A DNA stretch of 64,000 nt from a virus: IMG/VR virus record IMGVR_UViG_3300031787_000011; one strand, written 5' to 3'. The position numbers and the translations under genes are program-made. Below, piece after piece: positions 8,997 to 18,669 of the stretch. The notes beneath the pieces were generated by a model, which saw only the letters and a list, made by a program, of their open reading frames with translations, was not told the DNA's origin and searched no databases. Every line of letters starts with the position of its first letter. Position 1 is the stretch's first letter.

Positions 8997-11900
8997 TTAT
9001 TTTTTATTTATAATTTTAATTACAGAAGATTTAGAGAAATCGTCAAATTTAATATCTGGCGCACTCTTTATCTTGCTTATTGTTATATTCACTTCTATAT
9101 CAGAATTATTAATTATATTATAATTCGCGTCTTCTGTGTTTTCAGGGAATAGATTTTCTATATAAAATCCGCCAATTTCCATTTCGCTTTGCGGCAATAA
9201 AGTGTTGTCTGCTGTTTGCGATTGGCCTAAAAGCCTTTTGATGTTATCTATTTGTTTTGGCTCTAAATTTGCGTCTAAACCTATTGTAAGTTGTCTATTA
9301 TCAGGCATCTGCCTAACTGGGCTCAAAGCAGAAAAGAACGAATAATTATAATTAAATATAGGAGACCTAAGCCCCGTCTTCTTTATCTCGCATCTTTTAA
9401 ATGTTATTGTTTTATTTGTGCCTTCTAGATTTATAGTTATAGTTTGACTGTTATCGACAGCGCCAATAGTCCACCAATCATCAACGTAATCGGAGTTCAA
9501 CCAAAAAGCCGACTGGTCTCTTGGTATCCAAGCTATAATGCTATTTGCCGTTGATTTATACGCGTTTCTAATTTGAGCTTTGAATAATTCAAGCTGATCC
9601 ACGGCGACCTCTTCTTCCTCAGTTATACTTGGATCCGCGCCGCCTTCTTCTCCTTTCTCCTCAGCTTTGTTGAACGGCCTGTCTATGTCTTCTACCACTT
9701 TATACAAACGAACAAAATTAGGATACTTTATTTCATAAGTAGTTACATCTTCTCCTATAAATGTTTCGCCATCTGAATAAAACTTTCCTTTATATTTTAA
9801 ATACGGTAATTCTGTGGTGTTAGTAAATGCCGTGTCTGTTGGTATGTTTATATTATCAAAAAAGCTCTGGCTTATGCTTACTTGATATTTAATTCCATTT
9901 TGTATGCCCGGCAAAGTATAAGTCGATTGGTAGGCATCAAAGAATAAAAATCTATAAATTGTTTCATGGCCGATTCCCACTTCGTATCCTACCACATTAG
10001 AAGGCGAATCCGTTGGTATGTCTTTGCCATTATAGTAATTTCTAAGAGCCAGATTTATTGTCGTAGAAGTTCCATCTTTAGATAATAGTTTAACATAAGA
10101 TTTTTGTTCTACTTGATTATCGTCTAGTATTGGCAGAAGCTCTTCATTTCTTATTATTCCCAAATTTAGAGTTATTTCTCTCTGTGTCGATATCGCCGTG
10201 TTAGGATTGAATATGCAATAAAATTCATCCCTAGCTTTTGCTTTTTTCAAATATCTAGAAACAACTCCGCTTGTCGGACCAGCTTCTACGATCATCACTG
10301 AATTTCTATAGACTTTTCTTCTTCTATTTTCATCACTTAATATATTTACAAAAATATCTCTTGGACAATTATTTATCAAGAAAATTTGCTGCCCATAGCT
10401 TGGCGCAGTTACCGTCAAGTCATTATTATTATCTGTTAATAGATAATGCCCGGCTGTTGTTATTCTATAAACTGGTTTTAACAAATTATACGATTGAGTA
10501 TTATTTGTTAAATTCATCGAAGCTAAATTTGTTATATATATGCCTCTGAAATTATTAACTACTGTTTCTATAATGGCTTGATCAGCATAATAATAAGAAG
10601 AAGCGTACGTCTCGTCTTTTATTAAAGGAGTGATTATGATATTTTTATTATCTTTATCTGACTCTTTTTCCCCAGCAAAACTAACGTAATCATAAATACC
10701 ATTCAAGAAAAACTTCAAATCAGTTTTTAATAAATAGTTAGTTGAAGAATTTTTCTTTGATATGTAGTAAATGCCTTTCTCGTAAGACGCTAAAAAGTTT
10801 ACTCCTGTATCAGTTATCTCAACAAAACATTTCGGAGGAACAGAACAATAAGTCTCTGTATTTGAATCAAAAAATATACTTAAATAATAAGGAGTATTAT
10901 TATAGATGTAAAACCTTTCTGTCGTCCCAAGAGACCCAGCATTAAGCAATTTCAGGCTATAAGAGTCAAAAAAGTTGCCAGAGCTATTTACCTGAGAAGA
11001 TCCATATACAAAAAGCTTATCGTTTGCGGCGTAAGACTTGAGATCCGCTATATCAAGAACTCCAAACTCTCTGTCTTTTATATTTACTTCATATGCTATA
11101 TTTTTTGAATTATATCTAAATAAATATATATATTTACTATTTCCTATATTTTGTATGACTTTTATTCTTGCGCCAAATTTAAGATTTGGATAAAGCTCAT
11201 TTATTGTTTGCGTCAGATTCTCTGGAGCTCTTCCTTCTGCGTAATTAAGCGTGGTAACAGAAAAAGCAGAAGAAGCATTTAAATCTAAGGTCAATCCAGT
11301 AAATAAATTCTGGCTCGGATCTCTTGTTATTCTTGTCAAAGCCCCATTCCCAAGCAGAGAATTATTAGACCCAATATACATTCTATATTTACATGGATTA
11401 AAAACATAAAAATCTCTGAAAGACTTGTCGCTGAAGCTGTCAATAGTTATATTGAATCTATTGAAATTTGGAAGATACAAAAACTCATTACCACCTACTA
11501 TTTCTGTAGTTGATAGCCCAGATATTCCTTTCAGATTTCTAGCCGTAGCAAACACTTTTTTAACTTGAGGCAAGCTAGATGTTTCTTTTACCCAAGCAGA
11601 GCCGCTAACAGAATATAAAGCTATTGAATTTATATCAAGCAAATTGCTAGTTATTGCTGTGGAATAATTATAAATTGAATTCGGAGCAGAAGAATCTGAT
11701 TTTACTAAATTAATAAATAATATCTTTTTGCCCGACAGCAACGAAGCTAAAGTTGAACCACCAATACTTATATCAAGATTTGGCAAGTAAAATTTAGATG
11801 AGTATTTAGTTATTGGAATTAATATAACATTTGGTAAACCATTTATTGCATTTTGTGATTTAAAAAACTTAGTTAAATCAGTATGATTTGTATCTATAAC

Positions 11901-14900
11901 TTTTAAATTATATGCTCCGGCATTGAATTCATCACTTACCCTGTCGGTCAAATAAAATTGCTCCTTTTTTATCTTTGTTCCATCGTAAGATGCAAAAAGA
12001 TAAAAATCATTGACAATATACTTTTTATCGCCTAATTGAGTTATGTCGATAGCTTTTCTCCCATAGCAGTAAATAATTTTCGAAGTTGAAACTGATACGG
12101 AAGAATAAACGTCAAAAACTGAATAATCAATATCCAGTTTAATAGTGTTACCATCTATATCAATAAACGCATCTTGTATTAAATCTATCTTAGAAAAACC
12201 AGCCGCCCACAAGGAAGCCAAAGGATGTTCTGCTTCTAAATCAAAGGCTTGATTACTTAGCGCTATAGAGGTCGGCAAATAAGACACGTTTTCTACTTCG
12301 CCAAAAATGTTTGAATCGCTAAAATCAGTAGTATCTGTAGTAACTGTGTAAGACGCTCCAGTATATGTAAACAATTTTTGATTATTACCAGAAGATGGCA
12401 AAAGCGTATGTACAAGAACTCCACTCAATGTTTTTATTTCATATGGCCTTCCTGAAACATTTTTAATTACAAAAGAAATCGTTGCTGAAATATCCGGCAA
12501 AATAATAGAATCTACATCTGCTTTGTCTGCTTCTATTATATAATAAAATGTTGTACCTCCTGATTTTCTAGTATTAGTTCTTTCAGAATTTACTTGTGCT
12601 ATGAAGAATTCTTTGTTATTGTATATTGGATATATATAATTCGCGCCAGAATTTTTTACCAAACGATTCTTCTTTAGGGTTTTTGTAACAGAATCTACTG
12701 AAACTGTAACAGTATCATAAGCAAAGTTTATTAAAATCTGGTCTGTCGCTAATGCATTAGGGAAGTTTTTAGCAGTTGAACCATTCTCGCTTTCATAGCT
12801 AAATATTCTTGCATCTGGCGCCGAAGGTTTAGAAACCTGAAGTCTACCATTTACATATCCGTCTGGAGCATAATCAAAATCAATAGAATTAACTTCTTTT
12901 ATTCTATATAAATTGTTCCCGTCAACAGAATCAAAAGATTGTACGCCAATAGATTGTTCTAATGTCGGCAAAAAGATCTTGCCTTTATATTTATATTTTC
13001 TATTATAGCTATCTTTTATCGTAAAGGTATCTATTTGGCTATTTCTAATATAAAAATAGTCTTCATGATATCTATCTATTACATTATCCTCTAAATCAAT
13101 AATGGTGTCGTTTATATTTCTGCTTAAGAAACTTGTTCTTTGCAATATTGGCAAAGCGTCAGAACTTGAACCAGTTACCCTTAAACATATTGAATTTTGA
13201 GCCAAATCTCCTATTTCATTTATTTCTGAAGTTAATGGATTATTTTCTGTAGATATTATATTGTCGCTATCTTTTACCGACTCTTTGTTGATTTTATTTG
13301 GTAAGAATCTATTTCTGCAAATTAAAAATACTTCTTTATTTTGCAGGCCTGATGCTGGAGGCAAGTTAATCTGAGTCCCGCAAAAATTCAAATCTAAAAT
13401 ATTAATAGAAGATGGAATTAAAGAATTATCAATATCAAAATAGAAATGGCTTAGTGTTTCATTTAATATGTCCAGTCTTACAACTTGTGTAGACCCAACA
13501 GTCACCAACATCGCTCTTGCGATTTGATTTTCTGCTAGCGTATAAACTATATTTTCTTGAGTATTTCTGTAAAAAAATACTGAAGTGCTATTTTTATTTA
13601 CAAAATAAACAAAAGAGCCCTTTTTTAACCCAGTATCTAAGGTTTTTAGATCTACATAATTTACTAAATCACCTTTGAGCAAAATTAATTGTTCCGTAGA
13701 ATTTGATATATCAAATAAAGGAGAAGGCGAAGGATAAATTATGGAATAAGTTAAAACCGAGTTCGCTTGTCTCGTTACTGTTAATTTGAAATCTTGGTTT
13801 TGTCTCGGCACGACTTCTATAGAAGAGCCATTAATTATTCTTATATTTAAAGCTCTATTTATGGACTCGTCCTTTAAGAAGAAGTATTCTCTTGTTGTAT
13901 TTATTGTTGTCGTAAATTGAGAAATGATAATATCGGTATCATCTTTCAAAAGCTTTGTAGAATCTTCTTCTGTTTCTGTTGCTTTTAAGTATATTTTTAT
14001 TACGTCGAAGTAATTTTTTTGAAATTTCGACAGCGTTGATCCATTCCAATTGACATAATGGAAAGAATCAGCCGGTAAATTTACTCCATTTACAATCAAT
14101 GGATCTTTCGAAAAATTATAAATTGGCAAATTTGCAAAAGAATCAGCCGAAGAAAATTCTCCAGTTGTGTGATTAAAATTTATAAATCCTTCTTTAGGAT
14201 GATAAATTTTAGAGTCTTGCATTGTTACATTTGAATATGTACTTTGCGTTTGGATAGACTTAGTCACTCCATCGTCTGAAAACAACAGTTTTTTTGTTTG
14301 ATTTGCCGATATAGAAACCGTAGATCCAAATGTTACGTTTATAGAAGAATTAGAGTCGTTTACTAGAGTTAAAGTTTTCGACGCTATCGAGCTGCTATTT
14401 AAAACAGTTACGTTCGCACTTAAATAAAGAATATCATCATCTTGTTCTGCGTCTAGTAGATCAAAAGAAGAAGAAGGAAGCGAAGCAGCATTTGCTACAG
14501 TAATCACCCCATTGTTGGATATTTTAGCGTATTGATTAGTGTTTACTGATGATCCCCCTACAAAACAACTTACGTTTCCAGTATTTAAAACATAAGATTC
14601 AAACGAAGATGGAATATTCTCTAAAGATGCGTCCGCCTTGTCTGTCACGAAATAATATTCATTATAATCTTGATTTATTTTGAAACCAGAGATTTTAGAC
14701 TCAGGGTTATTGAAGTCTAACAGTTGACTATAAGTTGGGCTAGAAACGCTTACCGGAGTGTAAGAAGCTACATTCTCGAACTTTGTTACTGTGTTTTGCT
14801 GGGAGTTTGAGTCCCCAACTTCAAAACCATATTCGCTGGCTAGAGTTTCTTTTTTCTTTACAACAGAAGATTTTATTCCTGAAATTACAATATCATAATA

Positions 14901-17900
14901 ATTATTGCCATTGGCGCCGAAATTATAAACTCCTAGATCTACATTTCTTTGGCTAACATCTGGTATAACATATGAAAAACTATTAATCCCAGAAGGCTCT
15001 GATCTTAAGAATGTCAGTTTGTTGTTTCTATCTTTCTGATATATATTGTAATAACCACATCCAGCAACCTCATTCCAATCTACCTTAATCGGCAAAAAGT
15101 TTGTTTTTTTGATTACATTCGCTGAGTCAGAAGAAACTACTAATTTTTCTTGCTTAAAAATCCTAAATTCGTAATTCGCATCGTCTAAGAAAAGTGGCAA
15201 ATTAGTCTTGAAGGCCACCATTGATAAATAATTTGGCGTCTCTAAGTCCTCTGCTGAAAAATAATAAGGAGATATCGCCGAATATTCCGCTGAAATAATA
15301 TCTTTCGATAACCCAACGTCTTTCGACATCGTTGTCCACCCAGTAGAAGCCCCAGGGCCAGAAGATCCAGACGATCCAGAAGATCCAGCAGGTGCAGTTT
15401 TTAACTTGTATTGCAAATCATACTCCCATCCATAATTAAAATTTATGGAATATGGAGATCCAGCATCGCCTATTAAAACTAAGTCCTTAGTATAAAAGTT
15501 ATATTTTACTTTAGTTATCTGAAGCCTTCTTGTGTTCCTGAAACGGCCTTTTCCATCTAATACTTCTGTTGATGGCTTTAACTTCACAATCGAGCCATTA
15601 TCTAGAGTTTCTAAGACATAATTTGATTCGTATTTTTTAGAAGTTTCGTTTTCTTCTTTTATGTAAATATGATTTTCGAACAACCCATCGCTTAAAGCAT
15701 TTATAGAAGATGTTGTGATTGGCTTACCCTCATAGTTTTTAGAGGTATAAGAGCCATTTGGGAAAAAGAATAATGTCGAAAGAAGTTCTTTTGTTTCTTC
15801 TTTATCGTCTTGAAAAAATCTAGGTTCAGAGAAATTAGAAGAATCTCTTGAGCCATAGATATTATTATTTATTGGATTTTGATTAAAAAGTGTCCATTGA
15901 TGATTTTCTAAATTTGCTACTACTTTATAATTATATGTTTGTATATTAATTCTAACTTTGGAAGGATCTAAAAGTGAACCAGAGTTATTTGCTATTGTGG
16001 TATTAATATATGATTTTGTTATCTTTGCATCGCCTTCATTTTCTTCTTGTTGAAAAACTGAATTTGTTAGTCCTTGTTTTATAAACTTCAAAACCACCAA
16101 ATTTGAGAAAGACGCAGAAGTGGCAGATTCGCCATTTTGCACATTGCTCTTTACAAAAGACAGCGGAGCAGAAGAACTATTATATCCATATAAATGATAA
16201 GAATAAGATTTTGTATCTTGGTTCGATATTGTTATATTTGATGGAGGGGTGGCAGCCGCAGACCAAGCTCTAAAATTCGAAGTGTCATCATAGCTAAAGC
16301 TGTTGCCAGTCACATATTCAATTCTGAACAATTTTTCCACTTCAATATCTTGGTCTTTGAACGATACTGCCCCGAAATTTTCGCCTGTCTGATAAGATAA
16401 ACTGGCGGCAGAATTTTCCAAAAATCTTCTAAAAGACACTTCTTCATTGTAATCTTGCGCTGGATAGTAGTAATTTTGTTTACTTATTGTAAAACTATTA
16501 GCTTCGTATGGCTCATATGTTTGAACGCAGTAGAGTTTTTCGACCTCTTCAGCCGCTAAATCTGCGTCTCCCGGCGTATAAACTCCGCTTAAAATAGCTT
16601 GGTTAAGCTCAAATGCTTCGTTTGCTTTGTAAGACTTGGTGTATATTTCTCTTTCTACAAACACCCTAGGAGCTTTCGCGGTATTAGAACTAAAAGAATT
16701 CACTCCATCTGCGATAGCCGGGCCGCCTATTCTCTCATTTACATCTCGCAAAGCTTGAGAAAACAAAGTATTATAACTATTTTCTGATAAAGAAGGATAA
16801 ACATTAAAAGATGCTACATAATTTTTAGTATAAAAATAATTAACTGCTTTAAGCCAAGACTCTTGATTTACGTAATTATTTTTTGTTATTACCCCATCGC
16901 TTTGTATTTGAGTAACTGAACCGTTTTGTATTTTCAAACCGTCTGAAGCATATCTATTGTTATCAAAAAGCGCTGTGTCTCCCTTGCAAAATCCGGTAGC
17001 GTCTATAAAATAACCATCACAAGTAGAGTTTACTACAGTTCTAAAAACAGGCTCTGAAGCAGTCGAATTTTTATCTTCATTAATATAATAAGCTAAAACC
17101 CCGAACTGATCTCCGCAAGACACAAAAGTAGGGCTTAATCCATAGTTTGACAGAGGAGTAACTATGTAGCTTTCTCCGGTATTTAGATAATTTGAATAGA
17201 AGTCTCTAGTTATTATTTTTTTAGGAAGAGGAAAATTCGGCAAAGCTGTTTTATAAACAGGCATTTCATTATTTGCTTCCGTTAGCAAGTCTTGATCATT
17301 TTGGTCTATTTCAGCTCTGGTTTCCCAAGCCTCAGTATTTTCTGCCCTAGAATCCTCTTCTCCAAAATCATCGTTATAAGCTTTAGCTAAAGCATCAAAA
17401 TTATCCTGTATTGTTTTAGCCAATTGACTTTGGTCTTCTTCGTCTCCTGCTTCTGGAATTTGTATATCTTGAGCGTATTTTTCTGATTCATTTAATTGCT
17501 CTACGTCAATTAAATCTTGTACATTTTCGTATCCAAATGGCTCTCCGTCTTCGCTTATTCTTGGATAAACTGCGCCACCTGCATTCAGTGATATATTAAC
17601 AGCACCAGCTCCTAGATTATAACTTGACATGACATACCCAGAAACCGCTGGTTTTTCTCTTGTGTTATATCTTTCTACTTGAACATCTAGCTTATAAATT
17701 TCTTCGGTGTCTCCAGTAGTTAAAAGAATAAACTTAAACAAGTTATCGCTTTTGCTTAATTTGAATCCAGTGAAGAATGAGTCGTTCTTGATTTCTCTTG
17801 TTTTTATTTTGTCTGTATCTAATATATTTTGAAACTCTTCTTTAGTGAAAGAAATTTCTGTCACAGGTTCAAATGCATAACTTATTTGGCCATCTATTAC

Positions 17901-18668
17901 TCCAGAGACCTCTTCCTTGTATTTAGAGTAGTCTATTATAGCCTTGCCATCTGCCGTTAAATCTGCATAATCATAAATACCAAGTGGCTCGCTTGCTCTA
18001 GAAATTCTATACTTTAAAGAAGTTTGGTTCTCTAACTGGAACGGTATTTCAAAAATTGAATTATCCTGCGGTAAAGAATATCCACTATCATTATATAAAA
18101 ATTTGTATCTAGTTGTTACTTCATTTCTATAGCCCACATATCCAGAATCAATATATGAATAAGTGGCATCAGTATTATTAGTGTATAGTGAAATATTAGT
18201 GTTAGCCCAGTCTTCGCCAGAAACAGTTAGGATATCATTATTTGTAGATTGAGATTTTGTTAATCCTGAGATTTCATATCTTCTGTATAATTTACCAGAA
18301 AAATCCATGTCTGGCATAATTACGCTTGGGTTAGCTCCAGAAATAAATCTATCTGTTATTTCGAAATCTTTGATATAATTATAACCATCTATACCTAATA
18401 ATCCTTCTGTTATAAAAAATCTTGCTTTTGGAGCCTCTCCTTCAAAATTTATAATAGAAAACTTTTTGCCCGTAATGGCAAATTTGGATGCAACAATATC
18501 TTCCACCAACGGTCTTGGAATAGAATATCCATTAGAGCTATGATTTGGATTTTCAAAAAATGAAACCCAAAGACCATAAGTATATTTAGTAAAATCTGGG
18601 ATTAAATTAGGGCCTAGCCCAGATAATACCGTAGTAATAAAATTTTTATTGTCTGTTTCTGCGCTCAT
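8997..18668 (-). CDS. Giant putative tail-tip/fibre structural protein (about 3223 aa)
   Basis: 9.7-kb ORF. ATG 18668 (MSAETDN) lies 1 nt after the upstream stop and is preferred to TTG 18683. FN3-like segment (IKVDWNEVAGCGYYNIYQK) and degenerate LP...G...F..N beta repeats in the C-terminal half. Confidence 0.7.
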   Translation of the reverse strand: MSAETDNKNFITTVLSGLGPNLIPDFTKYTYGLWVSFFENPNHSSNGYSIPRPLVEDIVASKFAITGKKFSIINFEGEAPKARFFITEGLLGIDGYNYIKDFEITDRFISGANPSVIMPDMDFSGKLYRRYEISGLTKSQSTNNDILTVSGEDWANTNISLYTNNTDATYSYIDSGYVGYRNEVTTRYKFLYNDSGYSLPQDNSIFEIPFQLENQTSLKYRISRASEPLGIYDYADLTADGKAIIDYSKYKEEVSGVIDGQISYAFEPVTEISFTKEEFQNILDTDKIKTREIKNDSFFTGFKLSKSDNLFKFILLTTGDTEEIYKLDVQVERYNTREKPAVSGYVMSSYNLGAGAVNISLNAGGAVYPRISEDGEPFGYENVQDLIDVEQLNESEKYAQDIQIPEAGDEEDQSQLAKTIQDNFDALAKAYNDDFGEEDSRAENTEAWETRAEIDQNDQDLLTEANNEMPVYKTALPNFPLPKKIITRDFYSNYLNTGESYIVTPLSNYGLSPTFVSCGDQFGVLAYYINEDKNSTASEPVFRTVVNSTCDGYFIDATGFCKGDTALFDNNRYASDGLKIQNGSVTQIQSDGVITKNNYVNQESWLKAVNYFYTKNYVASFNVYPSLSENSYNTLFSQALRDVNERIGGPAIADGVNSFSSNTAKAPRVFVEREIYTKSYKANEAFELNQAILSGVYTPGDADLAAEEVEKLYCVQTYEPYEANSFTISKQNYYYPAQDYNEEVSFRRFLENSAASLSYQTGENFGAVSFKDQDIEVEKLFRIEYVTGNSFSYDDTSNFRAWSAAATPPSNITISNQDTKSYSYHLYGYNSSSAPLSFVKSNVQNGESATSASFSNLVVLKFIKQGLTNSVFQQEENEGDAKITKSYINTTIANNSGSLLDPSKVRINIQTYNYKVVANLENHQWTLFNQNPINNNIYGSRDSSNFSEPRFFQDDKEETKELLSTLFFFPNGSYTSKNYEGKPITTSSINALSDGLFENHIYIKEENETSKKYESNYVLETLDNGSIVKLKPSTEVLDGKGRFRNTRRLQITKVKYNFYTKDLVLIGDAGSPYSINFNYGWEYDLQYKLKTAPAGSSGSSGSSGPGASTGWTTMSKDVGLSKDIISAEYSAISPYYFSAEDLETPNYLSMVAFKTNLPLFLDDANYEFRIFKQEKLVVSSDSANVIKKTNFLPIKVDWNEVAGCGYYNIYQKDRNNKLTFLRSEPSGINSFSYVIPDVSQRNVDLGVYNFGANGNNYYDIVISGIKSSVVKKKETLASEYGFEVGDSNSQQNTVTKFENVASYTPVSVSSPTYSQLLDFNNPESKISGFKINQDYNEYYFVTDKADASLENIPSSFESYVLNTGNVSCFVGGSSVNTNQYAKISNNGVITVANAASLPSSSFDLLDAEQDDDILYLSANVTVLNSSSIASKTLTLVNDSNSSINVTFGSTVSISANQTKKLLFSDDGVTKSIQTQSTYSNVTMQDSKIYHPKEGFINFNHTTGEFSSADSFANLPIYNFSKDPLIVNGVNLPADSFHYVNWNGSTLSKFQKNYFDVIKIYLKATETEEDSTKLLKDDTDIIISQFTTTINTTREYFFLKDESINRALNIRIINGSSIEVVPRQNQDFKLTVTRQANSVLTYSIIYPSPSPLFDISNSTEQLILLKGDLVNYVDLKTLDTGLKKGSFVYFVNKNSTSVFFYRNTQENIVYTLAENQIARAMLVTVGSTQVVRLDILNETLSHFYFDIDNSLIPSSINILDLNFCGTQINLPPASGLQNKEVFLICRNRFLPNKINKESVKDSDNIISTENNPLTSEINEIGDLAQNSICLRVTGSSSDALPILQRTSFLSRNINDTIIDLEDNVIDRYHEDYFYIRNSQIDTFTIKDSYNRKYKYKGKIFLPTLEQSIGVQSFDSVDGNNLYRIKEVNSIDFDYAPDGYVNGRLQVSKPSAPDARIFSYESENGSTAKNFPNALATDQILINFAYDTVTVSVDSVTKTLKKNRLVKNSGANYIYPIYNNKEFFIAQVNSERTNTRKSGGTTFYYIIEADKADVDSIILPDISATISFVIKNVSGRPYEIKTLSGVLVHTLLPSSGNNQKLFTYTGASYTVTTDTTDFSDSNIFGEVENVSYLPTSIALSNQAFDLEAEHPLASLWAAGFSKIDLIQDAFIDIDGNTIKLDIDYSVFDVYSSVSVSTSKIIYCYGRKAIDITQLGDKKYIVNDFYLFASYDGTKIKKEQFYLTDRVSDEFNAGAYNLKVIDTNHTDLTKFFKSQNAINGLPNVILIPITKYSSKFYLPNLDISIGGSTLASLLSGKKILFINLVKSDSSAPNSIYNYSTAITSNLLDINSIALYSVSGSAWVKETSSLPQVKKVFATARNLKGISGLSTTEIVGGNEFLYLPNFNRFNITIDSFSDKSFRDFYVFNPCKYRMYIGSNNSLLGNGALTRITRDPSQNLFTGLTLDLNASSAFSVTTLNYAEGRAPENLTQTINELYPNLKFGARIKVIQNIGNSKYIYLFRYNSKNIAYEVNIKDREFGVLDIADLKSYAANDKLFVYGSSQVNSSGNFFDSYSLKLLNAGSLGTTERFYIYNNTPYYLSIFFDSNTETYCSVPPKCFVEITDTGVNFLASYEKGIYYISKKNSSTNYLLKTDLKFFLNGIYDYVSFAGEKESDKDNKNIIITPLIKDETYASSYYYADQAIIETVVNNFRGIYITNLASMNLTNNTQSYNLLKPVYRITTAGHYLLTDNNNDLTVTAPSYGQQIFLINNCPRDIFVNILSDENRRRKVYRNSVMIVEAGPTSGVVSRYLKKAKARDEFYCIFNPNTAISTQREITLNLGIIRNEELLPILDDNQVEQKSYVKLLSKDGTSTTINLALRNYYNGKDIPTDSPSNVVGYEVGIGHETIYRFLFFDAYQSTYTLPGIQNGIKYQVSISQSFFDNINIPTDTAFTNTTELPYLKYKGKFYSDGETFIGEDVTTYEIKYPNFVRLYKVVEDIDRPFNKAEEKGEEGGADPSITEEEEVAVDQLELFKAQIRNAYKSTANSIIAWIPRDQSAFWLNSDYVDDWWTIGAVDNSQTITINLEGTNKTITFKRCEIKKTGLRSPIFNYNYSFFSALSPVRQMPDNRQLTIGLDANLEPKQIDNIKRLLGQSQTADNTLLPQSEMEIGGFYIENLFPENTEDANYNIINNSDIEVNITISKIKSAPDIKFDDFSKSSVIKIINKK

Positions 18669-18669
18669 G

